From Chiloscyllium plagiosum (taxonomy: Eukaryota), in the NCBI RefSeq assembly GCF_004010195.1, contig NC_057720.1, positions 4,971,776 through 5,035,775 on the forward strand: 64,000 nucleotides of DNA. Reading direction: 5' to 3'. Both the position numbers and the translations under genes were made by a program. The notes beneath the pieces are model-generated. The model had not been told where the DNA came from and searched no databases. It saw nothing but the letters and a program-made list of their open reading frames with translations. Every line of letters starts with the position of its first letter. Positions within the stretch are counted from its first letter, which is position 1. Shown here piece after piece: positions 36,076-48,549 of the stretch.

Positions 36076-36309
36076 TTTCTTCTTTTTAAAAATTCCCACA
36101 TGGATGTGGGTGTTGTCAATATTGATGGCTATCAGTGAGTGAGCTGCAGTATATGTGCTGTAGGTTTAACAGCAATGCCATCTGCAAGTGAGCTGGTGCA
36201 GTGGTAACGTCACTACACTAGTACTTCCAGAGGTCTTACCTAACGCTCTGGGCACAGGGGTTCAAATCTGGTGAAATTTCAATTCCATAGAAATTTAGCC
36301 TAAATGATA

Positions 36310-37095
36310 CCAGACAAATTGAGTGAGTAGCCACAAACTTGGCAGATGGAATATAATGTGGGGTTATGCACTTGGGCAGGAAGCAGAGGAACTGAATACT
36401 ACTACAATGGAGAAAGCTACAGAATAAAAGCATGTGGGAGCTCTGGGCCATGAACCACAAAAAACAAGCATCCATGTTCTGTGGGTAGTGGGCAATCGGA
36501 ATGTCGGTTTTTATTGTGAAGGGAATGGAAAATCGACGTATGGTGTTTTACTAAAACCATTCAAGAGGTCAATCAGATGAGAGCTGGAACACTGTGAACA
36601 GTCTCAGCAAAAATACACTGGCACTGGAGGCAGTCCAGAGAAGGTTCACTCTATTGATCCCAGTTACAGAAGGACTGTCTTGTGAGGAGAGGTTGAGTAG
36701 GTTGGGCCTATACTCATTGGAGTTTAGAACAACGTGAGGCAACCTTATTGGCTCTTTGAGGACATGACAGGTTAGATGCTGAGGTGCTGTTTCCCTTTGC
36801 GGAAAAGTCTAGAACCACAGGGCATTACCTCAGGCTAGGGTGGGTCACACATTTAAGACAGAGATGAGGAGGAATTTCTTCTTTCAGAGGGGAATGAGTG
36901 CGTGGAATTCTTTACAGCTGACGAGGCTGGGTCATTCAGTATAATCAAGGCTGAGGGAAACAGGTTTTTAATCAGCAAAGGATCATGAGGAAAAGGCAGG
37001 AAAGTGGAGCTAAGGACTATCAGGTCATCCACGATCACATTGAATAGCGAAGCAGACTCGATGGGCTGAATGGTCTACTTCTGCTCCTATGGCCT
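36310..37095 (+). mobile_element. CR1 RT C-terminus and tail
   Basis: ggaggcagtccagagaaggttcac, atttaagacagagatgaggaggaatttctt, tail. Confidence 0.85.
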
Positions 37096-38259
37096 ACAGT
37101 CAAGGAAGTGATGGCGATACAGACGGAGGAGTTTCCTGCACAGTGAGCAGTTCGGATCTGGAATGGACTATCAGAGACTGTTTGGAGAGGCAGCCTCATT
37201 AGGACTTTCAAAAAAGGGAGTTAAATAAGCACCTGAAGAGAGCCAGATTGTAAAGCTAAAGGAGGAAATGGCAGGATCTTCTTGTGTTGCAGTGTAGTGT
37301 CCCTGCCATTGACCAGGGAGGTCCCATCACACTGAACAGATCGATTAGAAAAATAGGTTAAATTGTTACAAAATGGTGTGTGAAATGGGTCTAGCTGTAA
37401 TTTCTTTTATCATCCATTTCCCCCTCAAACCTGGAGGAGGAGGTACTGAGCTGCCACCTTGAAATTCTTCAGTCTGTGCAGTTCAGGTACATCCACAGCA
37501 GAGCTGTGACAGAGGGAGGTGCAGGCCTTGGATTCTCTGACAGCAAAGGAACGACGACATTGCTCCAAGTGTTAACTAAAGGGGAACTTGCAGGTATTGG
37601 GACACCCATACACCTGCTGCCCTCATCATTCTGGGCTGGCAGCTGTTGCGGGCTTGGAAGATGAAGTCAGAGGATGCACAGAAGCGTACAATGTGAGTTT
37701 GTTCTGCACTGAGGTGTCAGCCGCAGCTCAGTGGGGAGCTCTCTCACAAACAGTGAATGAGAATACCTGCAGCTTCAAGTCTCTATCATATGGTAAGAGA
37801 CATATGCAGAATTGAAAATGCTCCTAGGCTATTAAGCTCAACGTCAAAGTATCCAGCACAAAACAGCTTTCTTCCTGTCTCCCCTTCGATTAATGTAATG
37901 ATTGATGTTATAGCTGCCAATTGCCACCTGTCGTAGCAACAGCATTTTAGTCTCTCCATGAAATTCATGCCCTAAACCATTGTTAATAATAAATAGCCAT
38001 ATCTGTACCTCTGTCCCTGTGTTTCTTTCTGTCTCACTCCCAGGTCTTCCTTTTCCAGTGTTTGACATAATCTAGATCATCACTCATCTTCTGACTTCCA
38101 ACAGCGTCTCTCCAATTCCCCTCCTTCTGAACTTAGCACTTGCCTCATTTGTTAAAATTCCTTTGCCGGCCTTTTCTCCTGCTTCACCCTCTTTGTTTCT
38201 GACCCTTTCCTTCATGCTCCAAGCGCCAGAGAAGCATCACGACCTGGTACAGCAACTCC

Positions 38260-38670
38260 TCTGCCCAGGACAGCAAGAAACCACAGCCCAGTCCACCACA
38301 CAAGCCAACCTTTCATCCACTGACTCCATCCATTCTTCTTGTTGCCTCAGGAAGGCATGATTAAAGACCCCTCCCACCCAGATTATACGCTCTTCCAACC
38401 TCTCCCATCAGGCAGAAGATACAAAAGCTTAAACACACGTGTCAACAGGTTCAAGAACAGCCTCATCCTCGCTGATATTAGACTTCTGAATGGAAGCTTA
38501 ACTTTCTAATTTCAAATCAAATGTTGATCTCTCTCTGTACCTTCTCTGCAGCCGTAACGTTGTATTCCTCACTCTGTTTGATTACCAAATGCACTTTGTA
38601 TGGTATGATCTGCCCGTAAAACAAAACTTTTCACTGTACCTAGGTACGTGCGACAATAATAAATCAAATA
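38260..38670 (+). mobile_element. Rex1/Babar LINE 3' end
   Basis: KDPSHP..TLFQPLPSGRRYKSLNTRVNRFKNS..IRLLN, then ttttcactgtacc...acaataataaatcaaat. Confidence 0.8.
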
Positions 38671-39594
38671 TTGAAAAAGGGGTAGTACAGAAGGAGGCCA
38701 TTCAAAAAGCATCTTGCTGCCAACAATCACACCACCAAAATCAACTCTATTCTACCATCCAACTAATCCCACAGCCTGACTCTTCACCACAGCCCTCAAC
38801 ATTCTCCAGCTTCAGTTAAGCATCCAATTTTCTTTTTTGAAAGCTCCTGTGACTCTGCTTCACCATCTTTCTACACTGTATTCCAGATCACAACTCACCG
38901 GGAAAGTAAAAATCATTTCTCCTTGCTCTGTATTGGTGTTTTTGCCAATGATCTCAGATTTGCATCCTCCAGTTCCCAAATCTTCAGCCATGTAAACTGT
39001 TTCTCCCTATTCACAGTCCCTTGTGATTTTAAAATAATACTTACAAATTCCCCCATAACCTTCTCCGCCCCAGGGAGGACAATGCCAGCTTCTCTGCAGT
39101 ACCAAAGTCCCTCAGTGCTGTAACTAAGAAGGCAGTAGTCACTAGACCAGTCAGTCACACAGAATCCCTGACTCTGAAGGGTACAAATCCCACCACAGTG
39201 GCTGATGACAACAATCAAAGACAATCTAGTCTAATGGTGACCATTGCCAATTTATCAAAATATCCTCTAATGTCTTTTAGGGAAGAAAATCTGCCATTCT
39301 TACCCAACCTGGCCTACCCGGTACTGCAGAACCACAGCAATGTGGTCACCTCAGAAATGGCCAACCAAGCCGCTCAGCTCAAGACCAATCAAGTGATGGA
39401 CAATATTTTCCCAGCCAGCCAAACCAAAGTACCACTAAAAAACCTCGATATTCTTCCAACCTTGAATTGGACTTATTGGACACAAGGTTGGAAGATGTTG
39501 CTGATAAAATACCAAGGAACTGCAATGGAGGGAGTTGAGGCACAATCCTCCTGGAGCCCTAATCCACCATCTGGGTGGGCTTGCCCGACCACGA

Positions 39595-40000
39595 GACCAT
39601 AAGAAATTGGAACAGGAAGCCGTCATTTGGTCCCTCAAGTCTGCTCTGCATACAATAGGATAATTGCATTCCTCATGTCCACTTTCCTGCCCTTTCCCTG
39701 TAACCCTTGATTCCCTGAATGATCAAGAATCTCTCTCAGCCTTAAATATACACAAGGATTCCACCCCCACAGCTCTCAGTGACAAGGAGTTCCAGAGACT
39801 CTCAACCCTCTGAGAGAAGAAATCCCTCCTCATCTCAGTCTGAAATCGGTGCCCCTTTATTCTGAGACTGTGCCCTCTGGTCCTAGACTCTCCCATGAGG
39901 GGAAACATCCTCTCAGTATTAACCCCATCAAGTCCCTCAGTGAGATCACCTCTCATTCCTTTAAAACGCAGTGAGTAGAGTCCCAACCTGTTTCACTTTT
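39595..40000 (-). mobile_element. CR1 3' end
   Basis: MRGDL..ERMFPLMGESRTRGHSLRIKG..FFSQRV. Confidence 0.88.
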
Positions 40001-40324
40001 ACTCGTGAGACAATCCCGCCATACCTGCTTTGTGTTCTGACTGTAGTTTATAACCGAGTTTTCCCTGAGAGCTCCTTCACATTTAAGCTCCCTCTCGATC
40101 CACACTTCCTCAATCTACAAATTCAAGGAGGCGGCTGCATGTTTCCCAATACGTGAGAGACCAGAACAAGAGCTCTTCACAAAAAAAAACCTCCCTTTTG
40201 AGCAGGATACAAGGGGGATTTTTGATTCCTTGCAGTGGTTCATCAGTTTGTGGAGTTCTCATCTCTAGGAAGCAGTGGAGGCTGGGCCACTGAATTTATT
40301 CAGCATGGAATTAGATTTTCTATA

Positions 40325-40535
40325 TGGGTAAAAGCAAACTTACTACAGTTTTACCAGACTGTAGGGCTGTTGCCTCATTACAGAGGTGGCTGGTGGTGGT
40401 TTAAGGTGGTGAGGGGAGAGGTTGAGAAGGAGAGTCCTTCATGGTAACCTCAGCCAGTGCGGGAATTGAACCCATGCTGTTGGCATCACTTTGCATTGCA
40501 AACCAACCATCCAGCCAACTGAGCTAACTGACTTC
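40325..40535 (-). mobile_element. tRNA-derived SINE, a further family
   Basis: Minus strand TAGCTCAGTTGG (A box) ... GGGTTCAATTCCC (B box) followed by a non-tRNA body. Confidence 0.7.
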
Positions 40536-41579
40536 CACCCCTCAATTTCTTTGTGACATACAAGGGAGTTGAGGAGTCTTGGATGTCAGGGTTAGCAGAT
40601 AGGACAATGGAGTTCAGGTCACCACCATGATCTCATTTAAAGGAAGAGCAGGCTCGAGGGGCTGAATGGCCTATTCCCAATCCTAAATGCCGACAGTTTT
40701 TTGGTCATAGTGACTGCCCTGGCATAGCCCTCAGGTTGAGCTACTGACTGTCCACCCCTTGAGAGACAGCGAGCAGGAGCTGGTCTATCAGTAAGCAGTC
40801 TCCAGTCAGGTGGCTCAGCCAGTCACATTGCTGTGGCAAGATCAGACTCGAGAACTCCTTGTTCCAAAGATATCATCCTGCACACTGCTTCACCTGGGTT
40901 TTAGAATTTTTTTTAAAAAGTGGATCTTGCTCCTGTGCTTTTTTAACAGATGTGGATCAGAGGGCTCGTTTCTGTGGAAACCACCATTTTCTCAAACACG
41001 TGTAATCTCCACACTCTGCCTCCAAATGCAATATGGCAATGATAGAGAGCCCTCCGATTCCAGGGAGCACAGAGACCGGATTCCACCAGCATTCACTGAT
41101 TTGAGTGTTGGCTCATTAGCAGGAAAATCAAATGGTGCAGGAGAGAGGAAAGGAAGATTGTCTATTTTCCATTCCATTACCTGTTATTCCTCACCTTTAC
41201 ACTAACCACCACCATCTCACAGCATGAACAATGCACCATATGAGCAGAGGCATGACAGACTGGCTGCTAATTTAGAAGCATCTTGGTGCTCATTCACAAT
41301 GAGGACCCAAACATTCAATGATCTACGCCCACTTCACATGAAGCTCAGGAACACATAGGATACAGATCGGCAAAGGCGCATATTCTCCTTTCAGTTGGGA
41401 GCAGCGTTACATGACTGGAATATTAATGAGATGTCACAGTTACTGTCTCAGCTGTTGGTACTTGTCATTTTCCACATTTGCACAGTGTTGATTATTACCA
41501 CTCAAGGTCTGGGGCTGGTGAAGCTCTAATCACTCAAGTCTGGATTTTAAAAATTGTCCTTCTAAGTGATACAAATGGG

Positions 41580-42420
41580 AGGCTTGGAAAGTGTGGTCAA
41601 AGCAGCCTTGGTGAATTCTGCAGTGCATCCTGTAGATGATATATTCTGCTGCTACTGAGCGTCAGTCGTGGAGAGAGTGGACGTGGTGCCAATCAAGTGG
41701 GCTGCTTTGTCCTGGATAGTATCAAGCTTGAGTGTTGTTGGAGCTGCACCCATCCAGGCAAATGGGGAATATTCCATCATACTCCTGACTTGTGCCTTGT
41801 CGATGGTAGGCAGGCTCTGAGGAGCCAGGAGGTGAGTTATTAGCCATATTGTTCTTAGCCTCTGACCTGCTCTTGTAGCCATGGTACTTGAACAGATAGC
41901 TCAGTTCAGTTGTATTACTGCTAACTCCCAGGAATTTGATAGTGGGAGTCAGTGATGACAGTGCTATCGAATGTTAAGGGACGATGCTTTGATTAGATTA
42001 GATTCCCTCAAGTGTGGGAACAAGCCCTTCAGCCCAGCTAATCCACACCGACTCTCCGAAGAGTAACCCACCCAGACTAATTTCCCTCTGACTAATGCAC
42101 CTAACGCTATGGCGAATTCACCTGACCTGCACATCTTCAGACTGTGGGAGGAAACCTGAGCACCTGGAGGAAACCCATGCAGACAAGGGGAGAATGTGCA
42201 AACTCCACACTGAGTCACCCGAGGCTGGAACTGAACTTGGGTCCCTGGCGCTGGAAGGCAGCAGTGCGAACCACTGAGTCACCGTGCCATCCCGATGGTT
42301 GGATGGTTAGATTCTCTCTCTTTGGTGATGGCGATTGGCTGACATTTGGATGTTGCTAATGTCATTTGCCGCCAATCAGCCTAAGCCTTAATGCTGTCCA
42401 GACCTTGCTATATTTAGTAT
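41580..42420 (-). mobile_element. Second LINE family RT C-terminus with nested HE1 SINE (41990-42293, -)
   Basis: KAQVRSMMEYSPFAWMGAAPTTLKLDTIQDKAAHLIG. Confidence 0.8.
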
Positions 42421-42449
42421 TAAATTTTGTGAATGGAGAACGTCCTATT

Positions 42450-43345
42450 TGCCCAGGGTCAACCACATTGCTGTGGGTCTGGAGTCACACGTAGGCCAGA
42501 CCAGATGGTCCACCCCTAAAGAACATTAGTGAAGCAGATAAATTTTTCCTGACAATGGTGACCATGGTTATCATTAGACTCTTAATTCCAAATTGTTATT
42601 GAATTCAAATTCCACCATCTGCCGTGGCGGGATTCGAACTCAGGTCACGGAAACACTAACAGGGTCGCGAGATTAACAGTCCAGCAAAAGGTTCCGGGTT
42701 CAATTCCAGCCTCAAGCAAATGTCTGTGTGGAGTTTGCACATGCCCCTCACGTCTGCATGGCTTTCCTCTGGGTGCTCCGGTTTCCTTCCATAGTCCAAA
42801 GATGTGCAGGACAGGGTGGATTGGCTGTGCCAAATTGCCCATAATGTCTAGGGATGTGAAGGCTAGCTGGTTAGCCATGAGAAATGCAGGGATAGGGTAT
42901 GGGTGGGATGCTCCTCTTCGGATGGTTGGTGTGGATTTGATGGGCCAAATGGTCTGGTTCCACGCTGTAGGGATTCTCTAATATAAGATACTAAAGGGGG
43001 TGACAAATTAGACAGAGAGGGGATGTTTCCCCTAGTGGGGCAATCTAGATGAGAGGTCATAGCTTTAGGATAAGGGGAAGCAGATTTAAAACAGAGATGA
43101 GGAGAAATTACTTCACTCAAGGGGTCATGAATCTGTGGAATTCACTCCCCCATTGTGCAGTAGATGCCAGGACATTGAGTAAATTTGAGGAAATAGATAG
43201 ATGGAATTTTAATTAGAAAGGGGTTAAAGGATCATGGAGAGTGGAATTGGAGCCAAGATGAGATCAGTCATTTTTGTATTAAATGACGGGGCAGGCTCAG
43301 GGGGGTAAATGGCCTACTTCAGCTCCTCACTTTTGTTCTTATGCC
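42450..43345. mobile_element. Cluster: SINE family 2 (-), HE1-like SINE (about 42690-42980, +), CR1 tail (+)
   Basis: Direct similarity to other copies in the window. Confidence 0.8.
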
Positions 43346-43469
43346 AAACTGGGTTAAATGCTGCCTTGAATCCCACATTTAGAGTTCAGCTCTTTTGCCC
43401 AAAACTGAAATGAGGTCTGGAATGGTTTTCCAGGACAAAAACAGAGGATTAGAGAGCACATTGTTGGCC

Positions 43470-43862
43470 ATAGAGTCATACTGCATGGAAACAGACCCTT
43501 CGGTTCAACTAGCACACATCGACCATAATCCCAAACTCAACTACTCCCACCTGCCCACAATTGGCCCATATCCCTCCAAACCTTTCATATTCACATACTT
43601 ATCCAAACATCTTTTAAATGTTGTAACTACACCCGCATCTATCACTTCCTCTGGCAGATCATTCAACAAATAAATCACTCCCTGCATAAAAAAGTTGCCC
43701 CCTCATGTCCTTTTTAAAGCTGCCTCCTCTCAACTTAAGAAATGTGCGCACTAGTTTTGAACTCCCCCATCCTCGGGAAAAGACATTTGATATTCACCTT
43801 ATTTGTGCCCCTCACGGTTTTATAAAGCTTTATAAGGTCACCCATCAAACTCCTATGCTCCT
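43470..43862 (-). mobile_element. HER1-like CR1 3' end
   Basis: catagagtcata...gcatggaaacagacccttcgg. Confidence 0.88.
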
Positions 43863-44239
43863 TCCACCACTTTAGAGTTGACTAATGGAACGGTAATTGT
43901 TGGCTTTAGTTGGATTCCAGTTGTTTTTCTATTGCTCTCATGTTGAAATTCTCCTTATTTACTTATTCTTAAAAGTAGAACCACAAATGGCTGGTACCAT
44001 CCTTGTAAATGTGTTGCAAGTGTGTACAGTATCCAAAGAGTGCCCAAACAAGGCTCAAGAGAGTTTTAAGATAAGTTCACTACTTTTTAATTCCGTATGT
44101 TTGGAAATAAACTCTGGCACAAATTTTTTTTATTGAAAGTTCGTTGACTGGAGTTGCAACTTTCAGTGTTTTGGTAACTGGAATTCTCCAGTGCCTTTGT
44201 TGTTTCACACCAATTGGTTTCAGAGTCTTTGGGGTTTTA

Positions 44240-44422
44240 CCAGCACAGAAAGAGGCCCTTAGCCACACACACAGACCAAGTCCTAAACTATGAAAGTAAC
44301 CACCCCAACACACACAAACGAAGCTGCATCAGGACACTATTCAAAAGGGCCACAACACACTGCAGTACACCAGAACTGCAAAAAGAAGAAGAGGAACACC
44401 TATACAAGGTATTCGCCAAAAA
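44240..44422 (+). mobile_element. PLE reverse-transcriptase thumb fragment
   Basis: THTDQVLNYESNHPNTHKRSCIRTLFKRATTHCS (PLE-type THTDxYL..S.HP..HKR motif). Confidence 0.8.
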
Positions 44423-44588
44423 GTAAAGATAATCACCGTCACTGTTTCACATCAATGGCCCCCACTTTTTGAAGCAACAGCCGCAAAGGAAATACATCTG
44501 CCCCCATGAAGCTGACAATCACCAGATATCTGCGCTAGCATTCAGTCCGATCACTGTTAATCTGATAAATTTCAACTCTAGTTCCCTT

Positions 44589-44935
44589 TTGTGGTTCTGT
44601 TCGCCGAGCTGGAGGTTTTTGTTGCAAACGTTTCGTCCCCTGGCTAGGTGACATCATCAGTGCTTGGGAGCCTCTTGCGAAGCGCTTCTTTGATGTTTCC
44701 TCTGGTGTTTATAGTGGTCTGTCCCTGCCGCTTCCGGTTGTCAGTTTCAGCTGGTCTGGGACAGACCACTATAAACACCGGAGGAAACATCAAAGAAGCG
44801 CTTCGCAGGAGGCTCCCAAGCACTGATGATGTCGCCTAGCCAGGGGACGAAACATTTGCAACAAAAACTTCCAGCTCGGCGAACAGAACCACAACAACGA
44901 GCACCCGAGCTACAAATCTTCGCACAAACTTTGAG
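44589..44935. mobile_element. PLE terminal-repeat fold-back, family D; 137-bp arms, 32-bp spacer; hammerhead motifs on both strands
   Basis: Arms 44589-44725 and 44758-44894; gca-CTGATGA-T-GTCACC-TAGCCA-GGGGAC-GAAA-CG-TT-tgc on - (44663-44624) and a mirror copy on + (44820-44859). Confidence 0.85.
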
Positions 44936-45264
44936 CCCTTAGCCCATTGTGTCTGCTCTGGCCATCAAACATCCATCCACTCCAAACACACTTTCCAACT
45001 TTTGACTCTTGGCCAAAATGCAAAAAGGGCATTTCAAGTGTTCATCTGAAGGCAGGGAGTTTCCTGCCTCCACTATCCTCTTAGGCAGTCGGTTCTAGTC
45101 ATCCATCATCCTCTGGATGGAAAGAGTTTTCTCAAACTCCATCTCACCCTCCTGCTCCTTACCATAAAACTGGTTACTGACCCCTCTACTAAAAAGGGAG
45201 AAGTTTCTCCCTATCTACCCCCATCATTTGTATACCTTAATCAGATCCCTCCCCCTTTGTTTAA

Positions 45265-45580
45265 ATTCATTCATGGGATGAGGGTATTGCTGGATAGGCA
45301 CCATTTTTTACCCATCCCTAATTGCCCTGGGGGTAGTTAAGAGTCAACTATATTGCTGTGGGTCTGGAGTCACATGTCGGCCAGACCAGGTAAGTTTCCT
45401 TCCCTCAAAGGACATTAGTGAACCAGATATAATAATCGACAAAGGATTCATGATCACATTCCAGATTTTTATTGAATTCAAATTCATTTGTCTGCCATGC
45501 GTGATTCAAACCCAGGTCCCCAGAACCTTATCTGGATCTCTCGATTAACAGGCCAATGAAAATGCCACTCGGTCATCGCC
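45265..45580 (-). mobile_element. SINE family 2, full length
   Basis: Tail attcattcatgggatg...ccctaattgccc through to the tRNA-like head. Confidence 0.85.
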
Positions 45581-45919
45581 TTCCAACCCACTCTCTGCTC
45601 AAAGGAAAACCACCCCAGCCTATCCAACCAGCCCAGGTAACATCCGAGTGAATCTCCTCTGCAAAGTCACCCCCCCCCCCCCACCATCCCCTCCTCGTAC
45701 TACCCCAACATCCTCCTCACCCCACCCCCACAAAATACACATCTATTAAAGCAGGGAGAGATGTGTGTCCGCTGCAGCTGGGAATTGACCCAGTGACACT
45801 GAAGGAACGGCAATATGTTTCCAAGTCAGGATGGTAGGGGGCTCAGAGGGAAACTAATTAACCAGCTTAAACCAATTAGAATGTAATCATGTAATTGTTC
45901 ACACAGTGGGTTGCGGCTT

Positions 45920-46008
45920 GGGAAGAAGGGCTTATGCCCGAAACGTCGATTCTCCTGCTCCTCGGATACTGCCTGGCCTGTAATTTTTCCAGCACCACAT
46001 TTTTCAAC
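45920..46008 (+). mobile_element. PLE mini-element family A fragment
   Basis: gaagggcttatgcccgaaacgtcgattctcctgctcctcgg; CTGA part of the core absent. Confidence 0.75.
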
Positions 46009-46099
46009 AAGAGTTAATCAATATAAGCTTTCAAGAGTCAAGGCACAGGTCAAGATCAGAGCTCACTGCCTGACCTGAACCCAAAGACCACAAGTAGTA

Positions 46100-46670
46100 A
46101 AGGACATTGGTTAGGCCACTGTTGGAATATTGTGTGCATTTCTGGTCTCCTTCCCATTGGAAGGATGTTGTGACACTTGAAAGGGTTCAAAAAAGATTTA
46201 CAAGGATGTTGCCAGAGTTGGAGGGTTTGAGTTGAAGGAGAGGCTGAATAGACCGGCGCTGTTTTCCCTGGAGCGTCAGATGCTGAGGGGTGACCTTACA
46301 GAGGTTTATAAAATCTTGAGGGGCATGGACAGGATAAATAAACAGGATCTTTTCCCTGCAGTGGGGGAGTCCAGAACCAGAGGGGCATAGGTTAAGGTGA
46401 GAGGGGAAAAACTTAAAAGGAACCTAAATGGGCAACATTTTCACACAGAAGATGGAGCGTGTGTGGAATGAGCTGCCAGAGGAAGTGGTGGAGGCTGGTA
46501 CAATTACAGCATTTAACAGGCATCTGGATGGGTCTATGAATAGGAAGGGTTTCTGAGAGATATGGGCCAAGTGCTGGCAAAAGGGATTAGATTAGGATAG
46601 GATATCTGGTCAGCATAGACAAGTTGGACCGAAGGGTCAGTTTCCATGCTGTACAGCTCTACAACTCTAA
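46100..46670 (+). mobile_element. HER1-like CR1 3' end
   Basis: ggttaggccactgttggaatattgtgtg ... ttggaccgaagggtc. Confidence 0.9.
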
Positions 46671-47619
46671 GTAAAGGTTATGGAGATGGAATGAAGATGG
46701 GGTGTTGTCCAGACCCATACGAAGCAAGGCTCATAATTGGCCTGCAGAACCGCCACCTGACTTTGACAAGTAATGCCTTCATAACGCAAATGAACATTTC
46801 CTGAATTCTCATCTCCACACTGTTTTCCCATTACCTGGAACAGTCAATATCTAAATGAACAACTCAGTACTCTGAAGATACAGACGCAGAGAAATTGGGT
46901 TTAAAAAGGCAGTCAAAGTGAATATGGGGAGATAGGGAGCCTCACAGCGCTGTCTGTTCAGGAGGATGTGAAATACCCCACTGAAGAATTCCAAGAAGGG
47001 TCAAGGCAGCAAGCAAACCTCGGAATTCTAATGAAATAAAAACACACCATGCTGTAAGGAGACACGCAATACCTGAAATAATGAACGTGTACGTTAAAAT
47101 TTCAGATTCAAGTCCCCTGTTCGAAACTAAACTCGCCCAAAGCCCAACATTCTTCCCTAAGCCAACACTTCCAAAAATCGGATCAGCTGAGCAAACATTT
47201 CCCTGCTTTCATTGCACCTTGCTTGTTCCTGATAGGTTTCCTTACACACCAGTCCCCTTCAAACTTCATTGGTAACACAAGGAACGTTGACATGTTTCAG
47301 AAGCTGGAACTACAAAATCAAGTCAGAAGCTGGAAATTCTGTGATGAGTAACTCCCAAATAAGCCTATCCACCATTTACAAGACACAAGGCAGGAATGTG
47401 AAGGAATACTCCCCACACAAAAAGACGCTTACTATCAGGAAGAGACTAGACCTTTCTAAATTGAAACATAAGAGTTGACTAGGGCTGTGCTACCAGTTCC
47501 AACTCCTGAGAAGCAGGCAGAGCAGTAAAATTGAATTCCTGTATTCTTTCATGGCATGATTTGAGTCCAGTTTTCATCCAAATACAGACAGAAGAGCAAG
47601 ATCAAGGCAGGAATTGATA

Positions 47620-48545
47620 GAATGTGCCATCAAGGAGCCTTAGCAATCCATGTGTATCGGGGGGGGGGGGGGGGGGGGGACAAACTCTCTGGTGGTTAGA
47701 ATTATACCTGACGTATAAGAAGATGGTTGTGGTTGCTGGAGATCAGTCATCTCAGCTCCAGGACATCTCTACAGGCTTACCTCAGGGTAACATCCTAGGC
47801 CCAACCATTACCAGCTGCTTCATCAATGACCTTTCCTCCATCATAAATATCAGAAGTGGGGACTTTCACCGATGATTGTTTGGATGTTTGTGAATGCTGT
47901 GCCAATCAAGTGGGCGGATTTGTCCTGGATGGTGTCAAGTTTCATGAATGTTTTTGGACCCATCCAGGCAATTGGGGAGTATTCCATCACACTCCTGACT
48001 TGTGCTTTGTAGTTGGTGGACAGGCTTTGGGGAGTCAGGAGGGGAGTTACTCATTGCAGGATTCCCAACCTCTGACCAGCTTTTGCTGGCACTGTGTTTA
48101 AGTGGGGAATTCAATTGAGTTTCTGCTCAACAAAAAAAACCTCAGGATTTTAACAGTGGGCAATTCAGTGATGGCAAAACCATTCACCCATGATTGAATC
48201 AAGGCTGTCATGAGGTCATGAGCCGAGTGGTCATGGTGTAACCCAAACTGGACATCACTGAGCAGGGTATTGCTATACAGATGCAAATGATGATCAAGAA
48301 TGGACTGATGATGCTGTAATTGACTGGGTTGGATTTGTCCCGCTTTGTGTGTACAGGACATACCTGGGCAATTTTCCACACGGCTGGGTAGATGTCAGTG
48401 TTGTAATTGTACTGGAACAGCTTGGTTAGGGTAGCGGACACATTCTGGAGCACAAATCTTCGGTGCAATTATCAGAATGTTGTCAAGGCCCATAGCCTTT
48501 GCAGTACCCAGTGCCTCCAACCATTTCTTGATATCACGTGGAGTG
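47620..48545. mobile_element. Second LINE family fragments in both orientations
   Basis: GLPQGNILGPTITSCFINDL (+); DIYPAVWKIAQVCPVHTK.DKSNPVNY (-). Confidence 0.75.
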
Positions 48546-48549
48546 GATC

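Noticed and set aside
40992..41177. 61-aa minus ORF and overlapping 131-aa plus ORF as exons
   Set aside because: No matched acceptor-donor pair and no recognisable protein.
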